DNA from: Nemertoderma westbladi
Lineage: Eukaryota > Animalia > Xenacoelomorpha
Direction of reading: 5' to 3'
DNA: 64,000 nucleotides
Assembly (NCBI GenBank): GCA_032718475.1
Contig: JAUCBJ010004906.1
Location: 1 to 64,000 of the forward strand
Part shown: in pieces, positions 1-12,333 of the stretch
Numbering within the stretch: position 1 is the first letter of the stretch
How the letters are laid out: each line of letters begins with the position of its first letter
Notes under the pieces: generated by a model
Database searches by the model: none
What the model was told of the DNA's origin: nothing
Seen by the model: only the letters and a program-made list of their open reading frames with translations
Position numbers and translations under genes: made by a program

Positions 1-167
1 CATTAGCATGTCAAGATCGTAACGAGACATCGAAAAAAATTTGCAAAAATTACCCCCCTAACAGTGTCAGTTCGCAAAGGCTCCGATAACGTCGTGGCTC
101 GCCCCACATAACAATTTGTAAAGCATGGAAGGTATATCAAAAACGGACACTACTGTATTATACTGTA

Positions 168-400
168 TCTTGGCGTACGTAAGCTCGTTGCATTCACAAC
201 ACTCGGGAAGGTCGTGGGTTCGCGAACTTATCATGGGCTGATGGGGGCCCGGGGGTTTTCGTTTTTTGCACGAATAGGCCTAATGCTGTAAAGGGATTAG
301 CCCGGGCGCATTTCTTCCGGGCATTCTTAAATGGTCTCTGATTGAGTAGCAGTTTCTTCTGGGGAGTATAGTTCTGGGGGGACCGCACTGGAAATAAGTC
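168..400 (+). mobile_element. Degenerate tRNA-derived SINE
   Basis: B-box-like GTGGGTTCG near 225; 3' segment TCTGGGGAGTATAGTTCTGGGGGGACCGCACTGGAAATAAG shared with 54618-54658. Confidence 0.5.
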
Positions 401-451
401 GTGAGACCCAATCTCCATTCCGATCCACTACAAAAATAAGTGAGAATAAAG

Positions 452-658
452 GGGTGTAAACGCTACGCCGACAACCGACAGCCGACAACAGCAAATATGA
501 AAATGTAACCTGAGTTCGTGACTAACGTTTTTATTGTTTTGGTTAGAATAACCTTCCACTGTAACCTGTTCCTTTCCCTCAATTAATAAATAACATTAAT
601 TAGCTTTAATAATGGTTGTTGGCGTTTGTTGTCGGTTGTCGGCGTAGCGTTTACACCC
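452..658. mobile_element. Mutator(MULE)-type MITE
   Basis: TIR GGGTGTAAACGCTACGCCGACAACCGACA at both ends; perfect 9-bp TSD AGAATAAAG (443-451, 659-667). Confidence 0.88.
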
Positions 659-1451
659 AGAATAAAGATAATCCTAAAAGTCTATGGTTTAGACTGAAAT
701 CTTTAGGTTAGAAAACTTTAAATCTAAATCAACCTAACGGCCGAAGAAAACTTTACTTTACATTCCCGTCACCTGAAGAAGATCAAGTTCTTTCGAGCCA
801 CAATGAAAAGTGTAATTATATAAAGTACAAGGGTGAGACCTGACGAAATCACTATAAGGACTACGGCAACACACTCAAACATCAACTGGAGATAACATGC
901 CGAAAGATGACAAACCCTAGCTTTATGGTACAATATGCCACAACTATCAGCAACTGTAGGCCTACTCTAAGTGAACACACACTACCATTCAGTGGGCACT
1001 GATAGATAAGTGCAGTAAAGATGATACCAGATCTACATACTTCTCTGGCAACCAGTACAAGGAACTTGACTTGAAAAGGATACTGGACTTTAGAGAATCA
1101 AAATACAACAACCATGGAGAATCGGGGAGGATTCCAATGTTCGAGAGATAGAAGTGGTATAGTGCTAAGACTATCTGTTAGCGCTTTTAGTAAAATATGT
1201 TCTTTTAATCTCAATTTCACATATTTTGACACAATTTGTAACAATGGAAAAAATCAGACGTTTTCGTAAAAATTTGTAGATTTTAGAGGGGGGGTCAATA
1301 TGACCCCCCCCCCCCCCCCTCCCGGTATTTGTACAACATTTTATAGCCCGGTACTAATAGGGTTAAATAACTATTTAAGCGGTGGCAAAAAATGTTGGCC
1401 GTATTGTTCGAGGATTATTGGAAACTCGGGACAGAGCGGAGTAAGTAGACC

Positions 1452-4400
1452 AAACCTAATTTTGGTGGGGCAAAAGGGCTGCCCAACCTAATTTGGGTGG
1501 GGCAAAAGGGCTGCCCAACCTAATTTAGGTGGGGCAAAAGGGCTGCCCTTCCTAATTTGGGAGGGGCAAAATGGCTGCCCAACCTAATTTGGGTGGGGCA
1601 AAAGGGCTGCCCAACCTAATTTGGGTGGGGCAAAAGGGCTGCCCAACCTAATTTAGGTGGGGCAAAAGGGCTGCCCAACCTAATTTAGGTGGGGCAAAAG
1701 GGCTGCCCTTCCTAATTTGGGAGGGGCAAAAGGGCTGCCCAACCTAATTTGGGTGGGGCAAAAGGGCTGCCCAACCTAATTTGGGTGGGGCAAAAGGGCT
1801 GCCCAACCTAATTTGGGTGGGGCAAAAGGGCTGCCCAACCTAATTTGGGGGGGGCAAAAGGGCTGTCCAACCTAATTTAGGTGGGGCAAAAGGGCTGCCC
1901 AACCTAATTTAGGTGGGGCAAAAGGGCTGCCCTTCCTAATTTGGGTGGGGCAAAAGGGCTGCCCAACCTAATTTGGGTGGGGCAAAAGGGCTGCCCAACC
2001 TAATTTAGGTGGGGCAAAAGGGCTGCCCAACCTAATTTAGGTGGGGCAAAAGGGCTGCCCTTCCTAATTTGGGAGGGGCAAAAGGGCTGCCCAACCTAAT
2101 TTGGGTGGGGAAAAAGGGCTTCCAAACCTAATTTGGGTGGGACAAAAGGGCTGCCCAACCTAATTTGGGTGGGGCAAAAGGGCTGCCCAACCTAATTTAG
2201 GTGGGGCAAAAGGGCTGCCCAACCTAATTTAGGTGGGGCAAAAGGGCTGCCCTTCCTAATTTGGGCGGGGCAAAAGGGCTGCCCAACCTAATTTGGGTGG
2301 GGCAAAAGGGCTGCCCATCCTAATTTGGGTGGGACAAAAGGGCTGCCCAACCTAATTTGGGTGGGGCAAAAGGGCTGCCCAACCTAATTTGGGTGGGGCA
2401 AAAGGGCTGCCCAACCTAATTTGGGTGGGACAAAAGGGCTGCCCAACCTAATTTGGGTGGGGCAAAAGGGCTGCCCAACCTAATTTAGGTGGGGCAAAAG
2501 GGCTGCCCAACCTAATTTAGGTGGGGCAAAAGGGCTGCCCTTCCTAATTTGGGAGGGGCAAAAGGGCTGCCCAACCTAATTTGGGTGGGGCAAAAGGGCT
2601 GCCCAACCTAATTTGGGAGGGGCAAAAGGGCTGCCCAACCTAATTTGGGTGGGGCAAAAGGGCTGCCCAACCTAATTTAGATGGGGCAAAAGGGCTGCCC
2701 AACCTAATTTAGGTGGGGCAAAAGGGCTGCCCTTCCTAATTTGGGAGGGGCAAAAGGGCTGCCCAACCTAATTTGGGTGGGGCAAAAGGGCTGCCCAACC
2801 TAATTTAGGTGGGGCAAAAGGGCTGCCCTTCCTAATTTGGGTGGGGCAAAAGGGCTGCCCAACCTAATTTGGGTGGGGCAAAAGGGCTGCCCAACCTAAT
2901 TTGGGTGGGGCAAAAGGGCTTCCCAACCTAATTTGGGTGGGACAAAAGGGCTGCCCAACCTAATTTGGGTGGGGCAAAAGGGCTGCCCAACCTAATTTAG
3001 GTGGGGCAAAAGGGCTGCCCAACCTAATTTAGGTGGGGCAAAAGGGCTGCCCAACCTAATTTAGGTGGGGCAAAAGGGCTGCCCTTCCTAATTTGGGAGG
3101 GGCAAAAGGGCTGCCCAACCTAATTTGGGTGGGGCAAAAGGGCTGCCCAACCTAATTTAGGTGGGGCAAAAGGGCTGCCCAACCTAATTTAGGTGGGGCA
3201 AAAGGGCTGCCCAACCTAATTTGGGAGGGGCAAAAGGGCTGCCCATCCTAATTTGGGTGGGACAAAAGGGCTGCCCAACCTAATTTGGGTGGGGCAAAAG
3301 GGCTTCCCAACCTAATTTGGGTGGGACAAAAGGGCTGCCCAACCTAATTTGGGTGGGGCAAAAGGGCTGCCCAACCTAATTTAGGTGGGGCAAAAGGGCT
3401 GCCCAACCTAATTTAGGTGGGGCAAAAGGGCTGCCCTTCCTAATTTGGGAGGGGCAAAAGGGCTGCCCTTCCTAATTTGGGAGGGGCAAAAGGGCTGCCC
3501 AACCTAATTTGGGTGGGGCAAAAGGGCTGCCCAACCTAATTTGGGTGGGGCAAAAGGGCTGCCCAACCTAATTTGGGTGTGGCAAAAGGGCTTCCCAACC
3601 TAATTTGGGTGGGACAAAAGGGCTGCCCAACCTAATTTGGGTGGGGCAAAAGGGCTGCCCAACCTAATTTAGGTGGGGCAAAAGGGCTGCCCAACCTAAT
3701 TTAGGTGGGGCAAAAGGGCTGCCCTTCCTAATTTGGGAGGGGCAAAAGGGCTGCCCAACCTAATTTGGGTGGGGCAAAAGGGCTGCCCAACCTAATTTAG
3801 GTGGGGCAAAAGGGCTGCCCTTCCTAATTTGGGAGGGGCAAAAGGGTTGCCCAACCTAATTTGGGTGGGGCAAAAGGGCTGCCCTTCCTAATTTGGGAGG
3901 GGCAAAAGGGCTGCCCAACCTAATTTGGGTGGGGCAAAAGGGCTGCCCTTCCGAATTTGGGAGGGGCAAAAGGGCTGCCCAACCTAATTTGGGTGGGGCA
4001 AAAGGGCTTCCCAACCTAATTTGGGTGGGACAAAAGGGCTGCCCAACCTAATTTGGGTGGGGCAAAAGGGCTGCCCAACCTAATTTAGGTGGGGCAAAAG
4101 GGCTGCCCAACCTAATTTAGGTGGGGCAAAAGGGCTGCCCTTCCTAATTTGGGAGGGGCAAAAGGGCTGCCCAACCTAATTTGGGTGGGGCAAAAGGGCT
4201 TCCCAACCTAATTTGGGTGGGACAAAAGGGCTGCCCAACCTAATTTGGGTGGGGCAAAAGGGCTGCCCAACCTAATTTAGGTGGGGCAAAAGGGCTGCCC
4301 AACCTAATTTGGGTGGGGCAAAAGGGCTGCCCAACCTAATTTGGGTGGGGCAAAAGGGCTGCCCAACCTAATTTGGGTGGGGCAAAAGGGCTGCCCAACC

Positions 4401-6658
4401 TAATTTAGGTGGGGCAAAAGGGCTGCCCAACCTAATTTGGGTGGGGCAAAAGGGCTTCCCAACCTAATTTGGGTGGGACAAAAGGGCTGCCCAACCTAAT
4501 TTGGGTGGGGCAAAAGGGCTGCCCATCCTAATTTGGGTGGGACAAAAGGGCTGCCCAACCTAATTTGGGTGGGGCAAAAGGGCTTCCCAACCTAATTTGG
4601 GTGGGACAAAAGGGCTTCCCAACCTAATTTGGGTGGGGCAAAAGGGCTGCCCAACCTAATTTGGGAGGGGCAAAAGGGCTGCCCATCCTAATTTGGGTGG
4701 GACAAAAGGGCTGCCCAACCTAATTTGGGTGGGGCAAAAGGGCTTCCCAACCTAATTTGGGTGGGACAAAAGGGCTGCCCAACCTAATTTGGGTGGGGCA
4801 AAAGGGCTGCCCAACCTAATTTTGGTGGGGCAAAAGGGCTGCCCAACCTAATTTAGGTGGGGCAAAAGGGCTGCCCAACCTAATTTGGGTGGGGCAAAAG
4901 GGCTTCCCAACCTAATTTGGGTGGGGCAAAAGGGCTTCCCAACCTAATTTGGGTGGGACAAAAGGGCTGCCCAACCTAATTTGGGTGGGGCAAAAGGGCT
5001 GCCCAACCTAATTTAGGTGGGGCAAAAGGGCTGCCCTTCCTAATTTGGGAGGGGCAAAAGGGCTGCCCAACCTAATTTGGGTGGGGCAAAAGGGCTGCCC
5101 AACCTAATTTAGGTGGGGCAAAAGGGCTGCCCTTCCTAATTTGGGAGGGGCAAAAGGGTTGCCCAACCTAATTTGGGTGGGGCAAAAGGGCTGCCCTTCC
5201 TAATTTGGGAGGGGCAAAAGGGCTGCCCAACCTAATTTGGGTGGGGCAAAAGGGCTGCCCTTCCGAATTTGGGAGGGGCAAAAGGGCTGCCCAACCTAAT
5301 TTGGGTGGGGCAAAAGGGCTTCCCAACCTAATTTGGGTGGGACAAAAGGGCTGCCCAACCTAATTTGGGTGGGGCAAAAGGGCTGCCCAACCTAATTTAG
5401 GTGGGGCAAAAGGGCTGCCCAACCTAATTTAGGTGGGGCAAAAGGGCTGCCCTTCCTAATTTGGGAGGGGCAAAAGGGCTGCCCAACCTAATTTGGGTGG
5501 GGCAAAAGGGCTTCCCAACCTAATTTGGGTGGGACAAAAGGGCTGCCCAACCTAATTTGGGTGGGGCAAAAGGGCTGCCCAACCTAATTTAGGTGGGGCA
5601 AAAGGGCTGCCCAACCTAATTTAGGTGGGGCAAAAGGGCTGCCCTTCCTAATTTGGGAGGGGCAAAAGGGCTGCCCAACCTAATTTGGGTGGGGCAAAAG
5701 GGCTGCCCAACCTAATTTGGGTGGGGCAAAAGGGCTGCCCAACCTAATTTGGGTGGGGCAAAAGGGCTGCCCAACCTAATTTAGGTGGGGCAAAAGGGCT
5801 GCCCAACCTAATTTGGGTGGGGCAAAAGGGCTTCCCAACCTAATTTGGGTGGGACAAAAGGGCTGCCCAACCTAATTTGGGTGGGGCAAAAGGGCTGCCC
5901 ATCCTAATTTGGGTGGGACAAAAGGGCTGCCCAACCTAATTTGGGTGGGGCAAAAGGGCTTCCCAACCTAATTTGGGTGGGACAAAAGGGCTTCCCAACC
6001 TAATTTGGGTGGGGCAAAAGGGCTGCCCAACCTAATTTGGGAGGGGCAAAAGGGCTGCCCATCCTAATTTGGGTGGGACAAAAGGGCTGCCCAACCTAAT
6101 TTGGGTGGGGCAAAAGGGCTTCCCAACCTAATTTGGGTGGGACAAAAGGGCTGCCCAACCTAATTTGGGTGGGGCAAAAGGGCTGCCCAACCTAATTTGG
6201 GTGGGGCAAAAGGGCTGCCCAACCTAATTTAGGTGGGGCAAAAGGGCTGCCCAACCTAATTTGGGTGGGGCAAAAGGGCTTCCCAACCTAATTTGGGTGG
6301 GACAAAAGGGCTGCCCAACCTAATTTGGGTGGGGCAAAAGGGCTGCCCATCCTAATTTGGGTGGGACAAAAGGGCTGCCCAACCTAATTTGGGTGGGGCA
6401 AAAGGGCTTCCCAACCTAATTTGGGTGGGACAAAAGGGCTGCCCAACCTAATTTGGGTGGGGCAAAAGGGCTGCCCAACCTAATTTAGGTGGGGCAAAAG
6501 GGCTGCCCAACCTAATTTAGGTGGGGCAAAAGGGCTGCCCTTCCTAATTTGGGAGGGGCAAAAGGGCTGCCCAACCTAATTTGGGTGGGGCAAAAGGGCT
6601 GCCCAACCTAATTTGGGTGGGGCAAAAGGGCTGCCCAACCCAATTTTGGTGGGGCAAA
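1452..6658. repeat. 32-bp G-rich satellite, ~160 copies
   Basis: Unit AACCTAATTTGGGTGGGGCAAAAGGGCTGCCC with a few recurrent variants. Confidence 0.98.
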
Positions 6659-7622
6659 ATAAAATATAAATTATTTTAAATACCTGATATCAATATTTAA
6701 AATTTACTTATTTTATTCAAAAAATTATGTAACATTTATCAAATGTTCTAGAACATTTTTTTAGTTAGAAAAAAAGGAAATGATGTTCTAGAACATTTAT
6801 ATGATATGATAAAATCTTTAAAAATAAATGTTTTAATTTTTTGTAAAATGTTCTAGAACATTTAATTATTAATCTAGAACATTTTTTATTTGTATAATAA
6901 TGCAAATGGTGCTCCAGAACATTAATCTGTGTCAAAAACATGCAAATAATAGTAAATAAAAAAATAGCAGGGGGTATGTACATGTACAAGGCATAGTTAG
7001 TGCCTCTATAATGTTCCATTAAGGTGGTTCTTAAATTCAATGCGCCGCAAATTTCTTTATTATGAATAGAAATTGATAATTCAACAACCGGATTCGTGTA
7101 CAACCTCCCCTGGGGATCCTTAGCACTTTTAGTGCTAAAAAAATGAATATGAGATAAATCGATCCAAAGTTTTCAAGAAAAATTTACTTGATAAGTTTGT
7201 CATAACTTTTCAAATTTTATTGACGATATCAAAATTGAAAACAATATCGCGGTTTCCTGGTCTATGATTCCATTTATGATGTCTGTTTTAACAGTGTTCA
7301 CGAATTCTAGATATTCTGTTATAGAAACATATATAGTCTGTCTGATATATTTTAACACAGACCGACAGGTATACAGTCCAACATAAAGCCATTATATTTG
7401 GATACTGACATCACAAATGGAATGGGAATCACCGACCAGGAAAACCCCACACTAAAATGTTAGCGAGGTCGTGTGCTTCATAAATTTTGACAGACTGATT
7501 GTCTGGAATCCTTCAAACGTTAAAACTATCATCGTGATATGGTAATGTAATCCACGACCACGAAAACCTCCATAGCGTAAAAATTTCACTTCGGCAGTGT
7601 GTCTCAACAGTGTATTTCGGCA

Positions 7623-7995
7623 GGGTGTAAACGATAAGCCGACAACCACTGCCAGGACCCCCATAAAAACTATAGACACCGACTTCATGATCATGCTCGT
7701 ACTTCACTACTAAATTTATTATGTTAATGTAACACCGGTCAGGTGTTACTCTATATATACAATTTATATATTTAAATGGTGCTCAGTTCAGTATTTTATT
7801 CCCCTTTACTAATTCGGCAAATAAATAATTCCAATTCCAACGACAAATATAAATCTGTAAATTATTCTCATGACTATCTTTTATTGTTTTGGTTGGAGTA
7901 ACATTCACTGTAAACCTGTTCCTTTCCCTCAATTGATAATTAACATTAATTAACGTCAATAATGGTTATCGGTTGTCAGTGTAGCGTTTACACCC
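7623..7995. mobile_element. Older copy of the 452-658 MITE family with an internal insertion
   Basis: GGGTGTAAACG...CGTTTACACCC termini; 7860-7995 aligns by eye with 500-658; TSD not preserved. Confidence 0.7.
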
Positions 7996-8635
7996 TTTCC
8001 TTAATTATTGACTGACAGACAGTTTGAAATTCATCAAACGTTAAAACTGACATCGGAAATGCAATAACCGACCCGGGAAACGAAACCCCCATATCAAAAA
8101 TTTTAGTTTTAGTTAATAAGTATTCGTCCTTACTTTTTGAATATGTTATCCTTCCACATAGATATAACACGAGTGGGGCCAAGGCGACCTAAATATAGGT
8201 CGCATAAATAGAGGCGACATAAATAGAGGTCGCCTTGAGTGCCTCCGTGCAGCAAAAGATGCAAACCATCTTAGCGAGCAATTATAATTATACTATGGCT
8301 AATTGGCTTCCGACACACACACAGACTTTTAGAAAACGGCCATAGTATAATTATAACAGTTCGGCGATGGCTCGCAGTTTGACTCGCCCCACAAAAAATT
8401 GCGGGAATGTTTGAAAACATTAAATTCCATTGATTATCTCAGAAAATGTATTGATAAACACGTGCCCTTAGCTTAATAGGATTGTCAGTTTGACTGGCCA
8501 ATTCTTTCGTTCCAGTCTCATTTTCGATAACAACAGCTACACCTTCAGACGGTACCGTACCGTAGGCATAATCACAGGATTTCTTGCATCAGTTTCTATC
8601 CGATAATACTTAACAATGTTTTATTTAACAATGTT

Positions 8636-10030
8636 ATGATCTGCTCGCGATCTTTCATACAAGTCCGGCACCGAACTATTAGAGGACGCAACTGGGTCCA
8701 CCCTTCGGGATACAAGGAAAAACTAGACGGCCGGAAATGGGGTGACGTCACTGACACAGTGAACCACCCAATCCAGACGGTTCTCTCACCGACGCCTCCG
8801 TTGAACACAGACGCGACTGGGCGTCCTATAGACATAGGACGGGTCCCGGTGCGTATAGCTAGCTCGCATCGCGCTCTGCGCAACGAGCGACTCAAGGTTC
8901 GCATGCGGAACAGACGGAACCCGCAAATGGAAGCGGCTTCCAGGGAGAACCGACTGGTAGTCTCTCTAGACGAGGTAGAGAGTGAGTGGGCCTGGGAGAG
9001 CAGAGTTAACCACGTAGTAGAAGTAGCTAAACATTACGATATATTCAAAGATTTATTCCACGGGGCCTTTTTCTACCCCGTTTTACCTATGAACATTAAT
9101 TACCCTGTAGATAGTAAGGATGCTGAAATTTCCGAAAGTTATTTCCAGAAACCGTCTGTTTGCGACGCAGAAGTCGTTGATAGACCTTCTGAGCGTCCAA
9201 ATTCAGACGATCGTAATACCGACCCGTATGCGTCTCTAACTCAGGCTGATCTGGAGCGGGTTATGGAGTTTAAAGAGATTTTCCGGGTGCCACAGTCCCA
9301 GGGGGTATTCGCAGTTCCGAAACCGAGACAGACGGATAAATATAGGAGTTTAGTGGGAGTCGGTAACTGTATAAGTAGTAGTGTAGCGTCGGTACAACCG
9401 ACGGTGGAGTTTGTAGGAGAGAGAGACAGACTCTACACCTTGTTACTTACAGCCCCGGACAGCCACCTAACAGATAATAATAAGGAGTTACTCCATTGGT
9501 TAGTCGGTAACATACCGGGGAACAATGTAGTCAATGGGGATGTATTGTTTAGTTACTTTCCGGTTATTCCGGTGGCCGGAACCGGATTACATAGATTCGT
9601 TTTCTTGTTGTTCGAGCAGTCTGAGCGCGTTGAGTACCCGAGCGTTGATTCCAACTCGTTGGAGGGCCGCAGCTTCGAGACCGCTTCGTTCTACAAGACC
9701 CACGAGGAAGTCCTCACTCCGGTCGGGTTGAACTTCTTCCAGTCGCAGTGGGACGTCTCGGTCTCCCGGGTCTTCCGCGAGGTTCTGGGCGTTCACGAAC
9801 CCATCTACGACTTTGACGCCCCCGACCGTTACGTGAAGGGGCCCCCCTTGACGTACCCCGGGCCACGGAAACCCGTGCGCTACTTCGATCTGCACAAAAA
9901 CCGATGGCCCAAAGATTTCTATTACAACCCGAAGTTCGATAAAGTTCGCCGCGAACTGAAACGGGTTCAAGGGACTCGACTTCTGCCGAGGTTCATTCCC
10001 GATTTCGATAGAACTAAATGGAATTCCTAA
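8636..10030 (+). CDS. MRPL38: Mitochondrial ribosomal protein mL38 (PEBP domain), single exon
   Basis: 464-aa ORF; VAKHYDIFKDLF, YTLLLTAPDSHL..ELLHWLVGNIPG, GTGLHRFVFLLFEQ, LTPVGLNFFQSQWD..V..VFREVL motifs; Arg-rich N-terminal presequence. Confidence 0.93.
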   Translation: MICSRSFIQVRHRTIRGRNWVHPSGYKEKLDGRKWGDVTDTVNHPIQTVLSPTPPLNTDATGRPIDIGRVPVRIASSHRALRNERLKVRMRNRRNPQMEAASRENRLVVSLDEVESEWAWESRVNHVVEVAKHYDIFKDLFHGAFFYPVLPMNINYPVDSKDAEISESYFQKPSVCDAEVVDRPSERPNSDDRNTDPYASLTQADLERVMEFKEIFRVPQSQGVFAVPKPRQTDKYRSLVGVGNCISSSVASVQPTVEFVGERDRLYTLLLTAPDSHLTDNNKELLHWLVGNIPGNNVVNGDVLFSYFPVIPVAGTGLHRFVFLLFEQSERVEYPSVDSNSLEGRSFETASFYKTHEEVLTPVGLNFFQSQWDVSVSRVFREVLGVHEPIYDFDAPDRYVKGPPLTYPGPRKPVRYFDLHKNRWPKDFYYNPKFDKVRRELKRVQGTRLLPRFIPDFDRTKWNS

Positions 10031-11068
10031 TCGACTAAACTCGAACTCTAGAATACGAACAGTTAGTAAACATAATCACTAATGATTTATACTTCATATT
10101 ATTTTAAGGTGCTTCTGAGTTAAACAATAATTTGAATATGGGAAAATGTTCGCAATTTAAAACTAAATGATAATATTAACAACCTCTTTCTGTTTTCAAT
10201 CCTTGTTTCATAATTATCTTCCTATACTACTTCAATGTATTGGGGTTGAACGCGGTTGAGTATTGGCTGAACTGCACTAGCTGTGCTATTATTATAAAAT
10301 AAAACATTAATTATGAGAAAACAATTTCAATTAATTGTTTTAATTTAATAATTTAATTTAAATGTAAATTTTGATTTAATTTTCCAATTTGAACTCTACA
10401 TATCTTTATGTCTTAACAGCCGTTTTTCATTATTTTAACCAAAAAGATTTAACTCAACTTTAAATAATTATTATTATTAGTACAATTAATATATAAATAA
10501 ATCAACAATATCAAAACTCGTGGGCAGAAAATTGTGATTAAATGTCTTCCATTATATTTTAATCTTAAATTTAATTGATAATAATTTAACACTACCATTT
10601 TTTATAAGCTCCTAAATATCATTTTGTTTGTGTTAAACTATAAATGGTAGGCTATTTAATTTGTATTAGTATATGCAGCTGGCCGATATATTTTCTTTTC
10701 GAAGAAGATGAGATTACTGCTATTTTAGTAATAAATATTTTTTAATAATTGTTTAAATAATATTGAACTGTTTAAAATTGATCCATCAGCTAACTGTACA
10801 TTTCTATTTTATATTTTAATTAAATTCCCTAAACTTTTGATAATTAACATACAAACATACTTGCCGCAGCATTCCGATGTTATTTGCGTCGATGTTCCCC
10901 AAGAAAGCCCCCCCCCCCCCCCCCCGATTCCGAGTGATATGTTACACAAACGAACGTAGCGAGTGAAAATAAAGCCACGTGCATTAGAACACTCTAAAGT
11001 ACTTTCCAACAAACATGTTCGGTATTTAGTTTTATCCCAAAATTGTAACATTACGAGTACGAAATTGA

Positions 11069-11333
11069 GATAGGGGGGAAACTGGACGCAAATCCCATCT
11101 TGTCGAATTCATATCCCGCCTCAATGTTAAATTTTCAATTTAGTGAAATAAGAGCAGGTTAGAGTGACACGTTATTTTAACCAAAACAATAAACTAAACA
11201 CAATAGAACAGGTTACAGTTTTATTTTTTAGAGTAATCAGCTGTTATTTGCGTCGAATTAATTTCCCCTGGAGAGGGAAGAATTTTTATTGCGTCCAGTT
11301 TACCCCCCCCCCCCCCCCCCCCCCCCCCCATCT
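11069..11333. mobile_element. MITE family with poly-G/poly-C containing TIRs (copy 1)
   Basis: AGATAGGGGGG..ACTGGACGCAA / TTGCGTCCAGT..(C)n ATCT termini; body shared with 17572-17819 and 40791-41059. Confidence 0.75.
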
Positions 11334-11526
11334 GCAGATTCGATACAGTAAAACAACGTATTAATGTTAACCATTTTGACATAATATTTCTTTCATTCAG
11401 TCAGACGTTATCGCAAATTGTAGCGTTTACTTTTGTCAATACTGTACAATCTGCTATTTGGTGTTGGTTAATACTTTAATTTATTAGTAATAAATAACAG
11501 GGTTTGTTTGTGAGATTCTACTCTGT

Positions 11527-11998
11527 CTGATTGTGGCCACTTAATATAAAAAAATTGTGTCACTTTAAAAGGTACAAGCTCACCCGAGCTGAGCCAAGGT
11601 GATTCAATCACACCCGCGGTGAGCCAGGCTCACCGCTCACCGAACTATATGTCGAGATCAAAATGAGCAATTTCGAACCCTCACTGGAGGGAAATTCAAG
11701 TACATCAAGTAACAGTCTGATAGTACTTTCAATATGTACAGTAGGCCCTATGTTTAACAAGCCTAGGCCTATATATTTTTAGCCTTCCATAATAGTCTTT
11801 AAATTTTGATATTGGTACATGCAGACATGGACTCTAGCAGCCCGCCTACACCTACCACGCTACCAGTCTCCCTTTGACAGACCACAGACATAATCCCTTG
11901 ACATCTAGCTCACCGGCGGTGAGCCAGGCTTACCCGTCCACGGTGAGCTTGGAGCTTTAAAGTGAAACGATTTTTTATATTAAAGTGGCCACATTCAG
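11527..11998. mobile_element. MITE with long imperfect TIRs upstream of TELO2
   Basis: CTGATTGTGGCCACTTAATATAAAAAA..TCACTTTAAA..AAGCTCACC mirrored at 11942-11998; internal GGTGAGCCAGGCT repeats. Confidence 0.75.
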
Positions 11999-12333
11999 CC
12001 ACCATACAATTCCATTATTCAAATTCAGTTTTATTGTAAAGTTACAGTTAAGAGCTGTAAAGTATATTTTACTTCGCTACTTAATGTAAAACTGTGGTGT
12101 GTGTTGTCCTCTAGAGTTATACTTGTTATACTGAGTTATTATTGGTTATTTAGTGACATAAAAATCGCTTTTAATACTTGCGGCTTTAAATAAAGTTACT
12201 ATTTTGGAATAAATAACTGCATTTTAATAACTGCAACCAAAATAGTAATTAGTTGTCTCTAAGTTGTCAGGCTGTCAGGCGGTCAGGTTGTTGTAATTGT
12301 TATATTTCCATCGAATAGATATTCTCTCGTACA

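Noticed and set aside
765-860. Hammerhead ribozyme / Penelope remnant (CTGAAGA, CTGACGA)
   Set aside because: Could not pair stems II and III around a GAAA core by eye; the neighbouring coding-like sequence is too decayed to assign.
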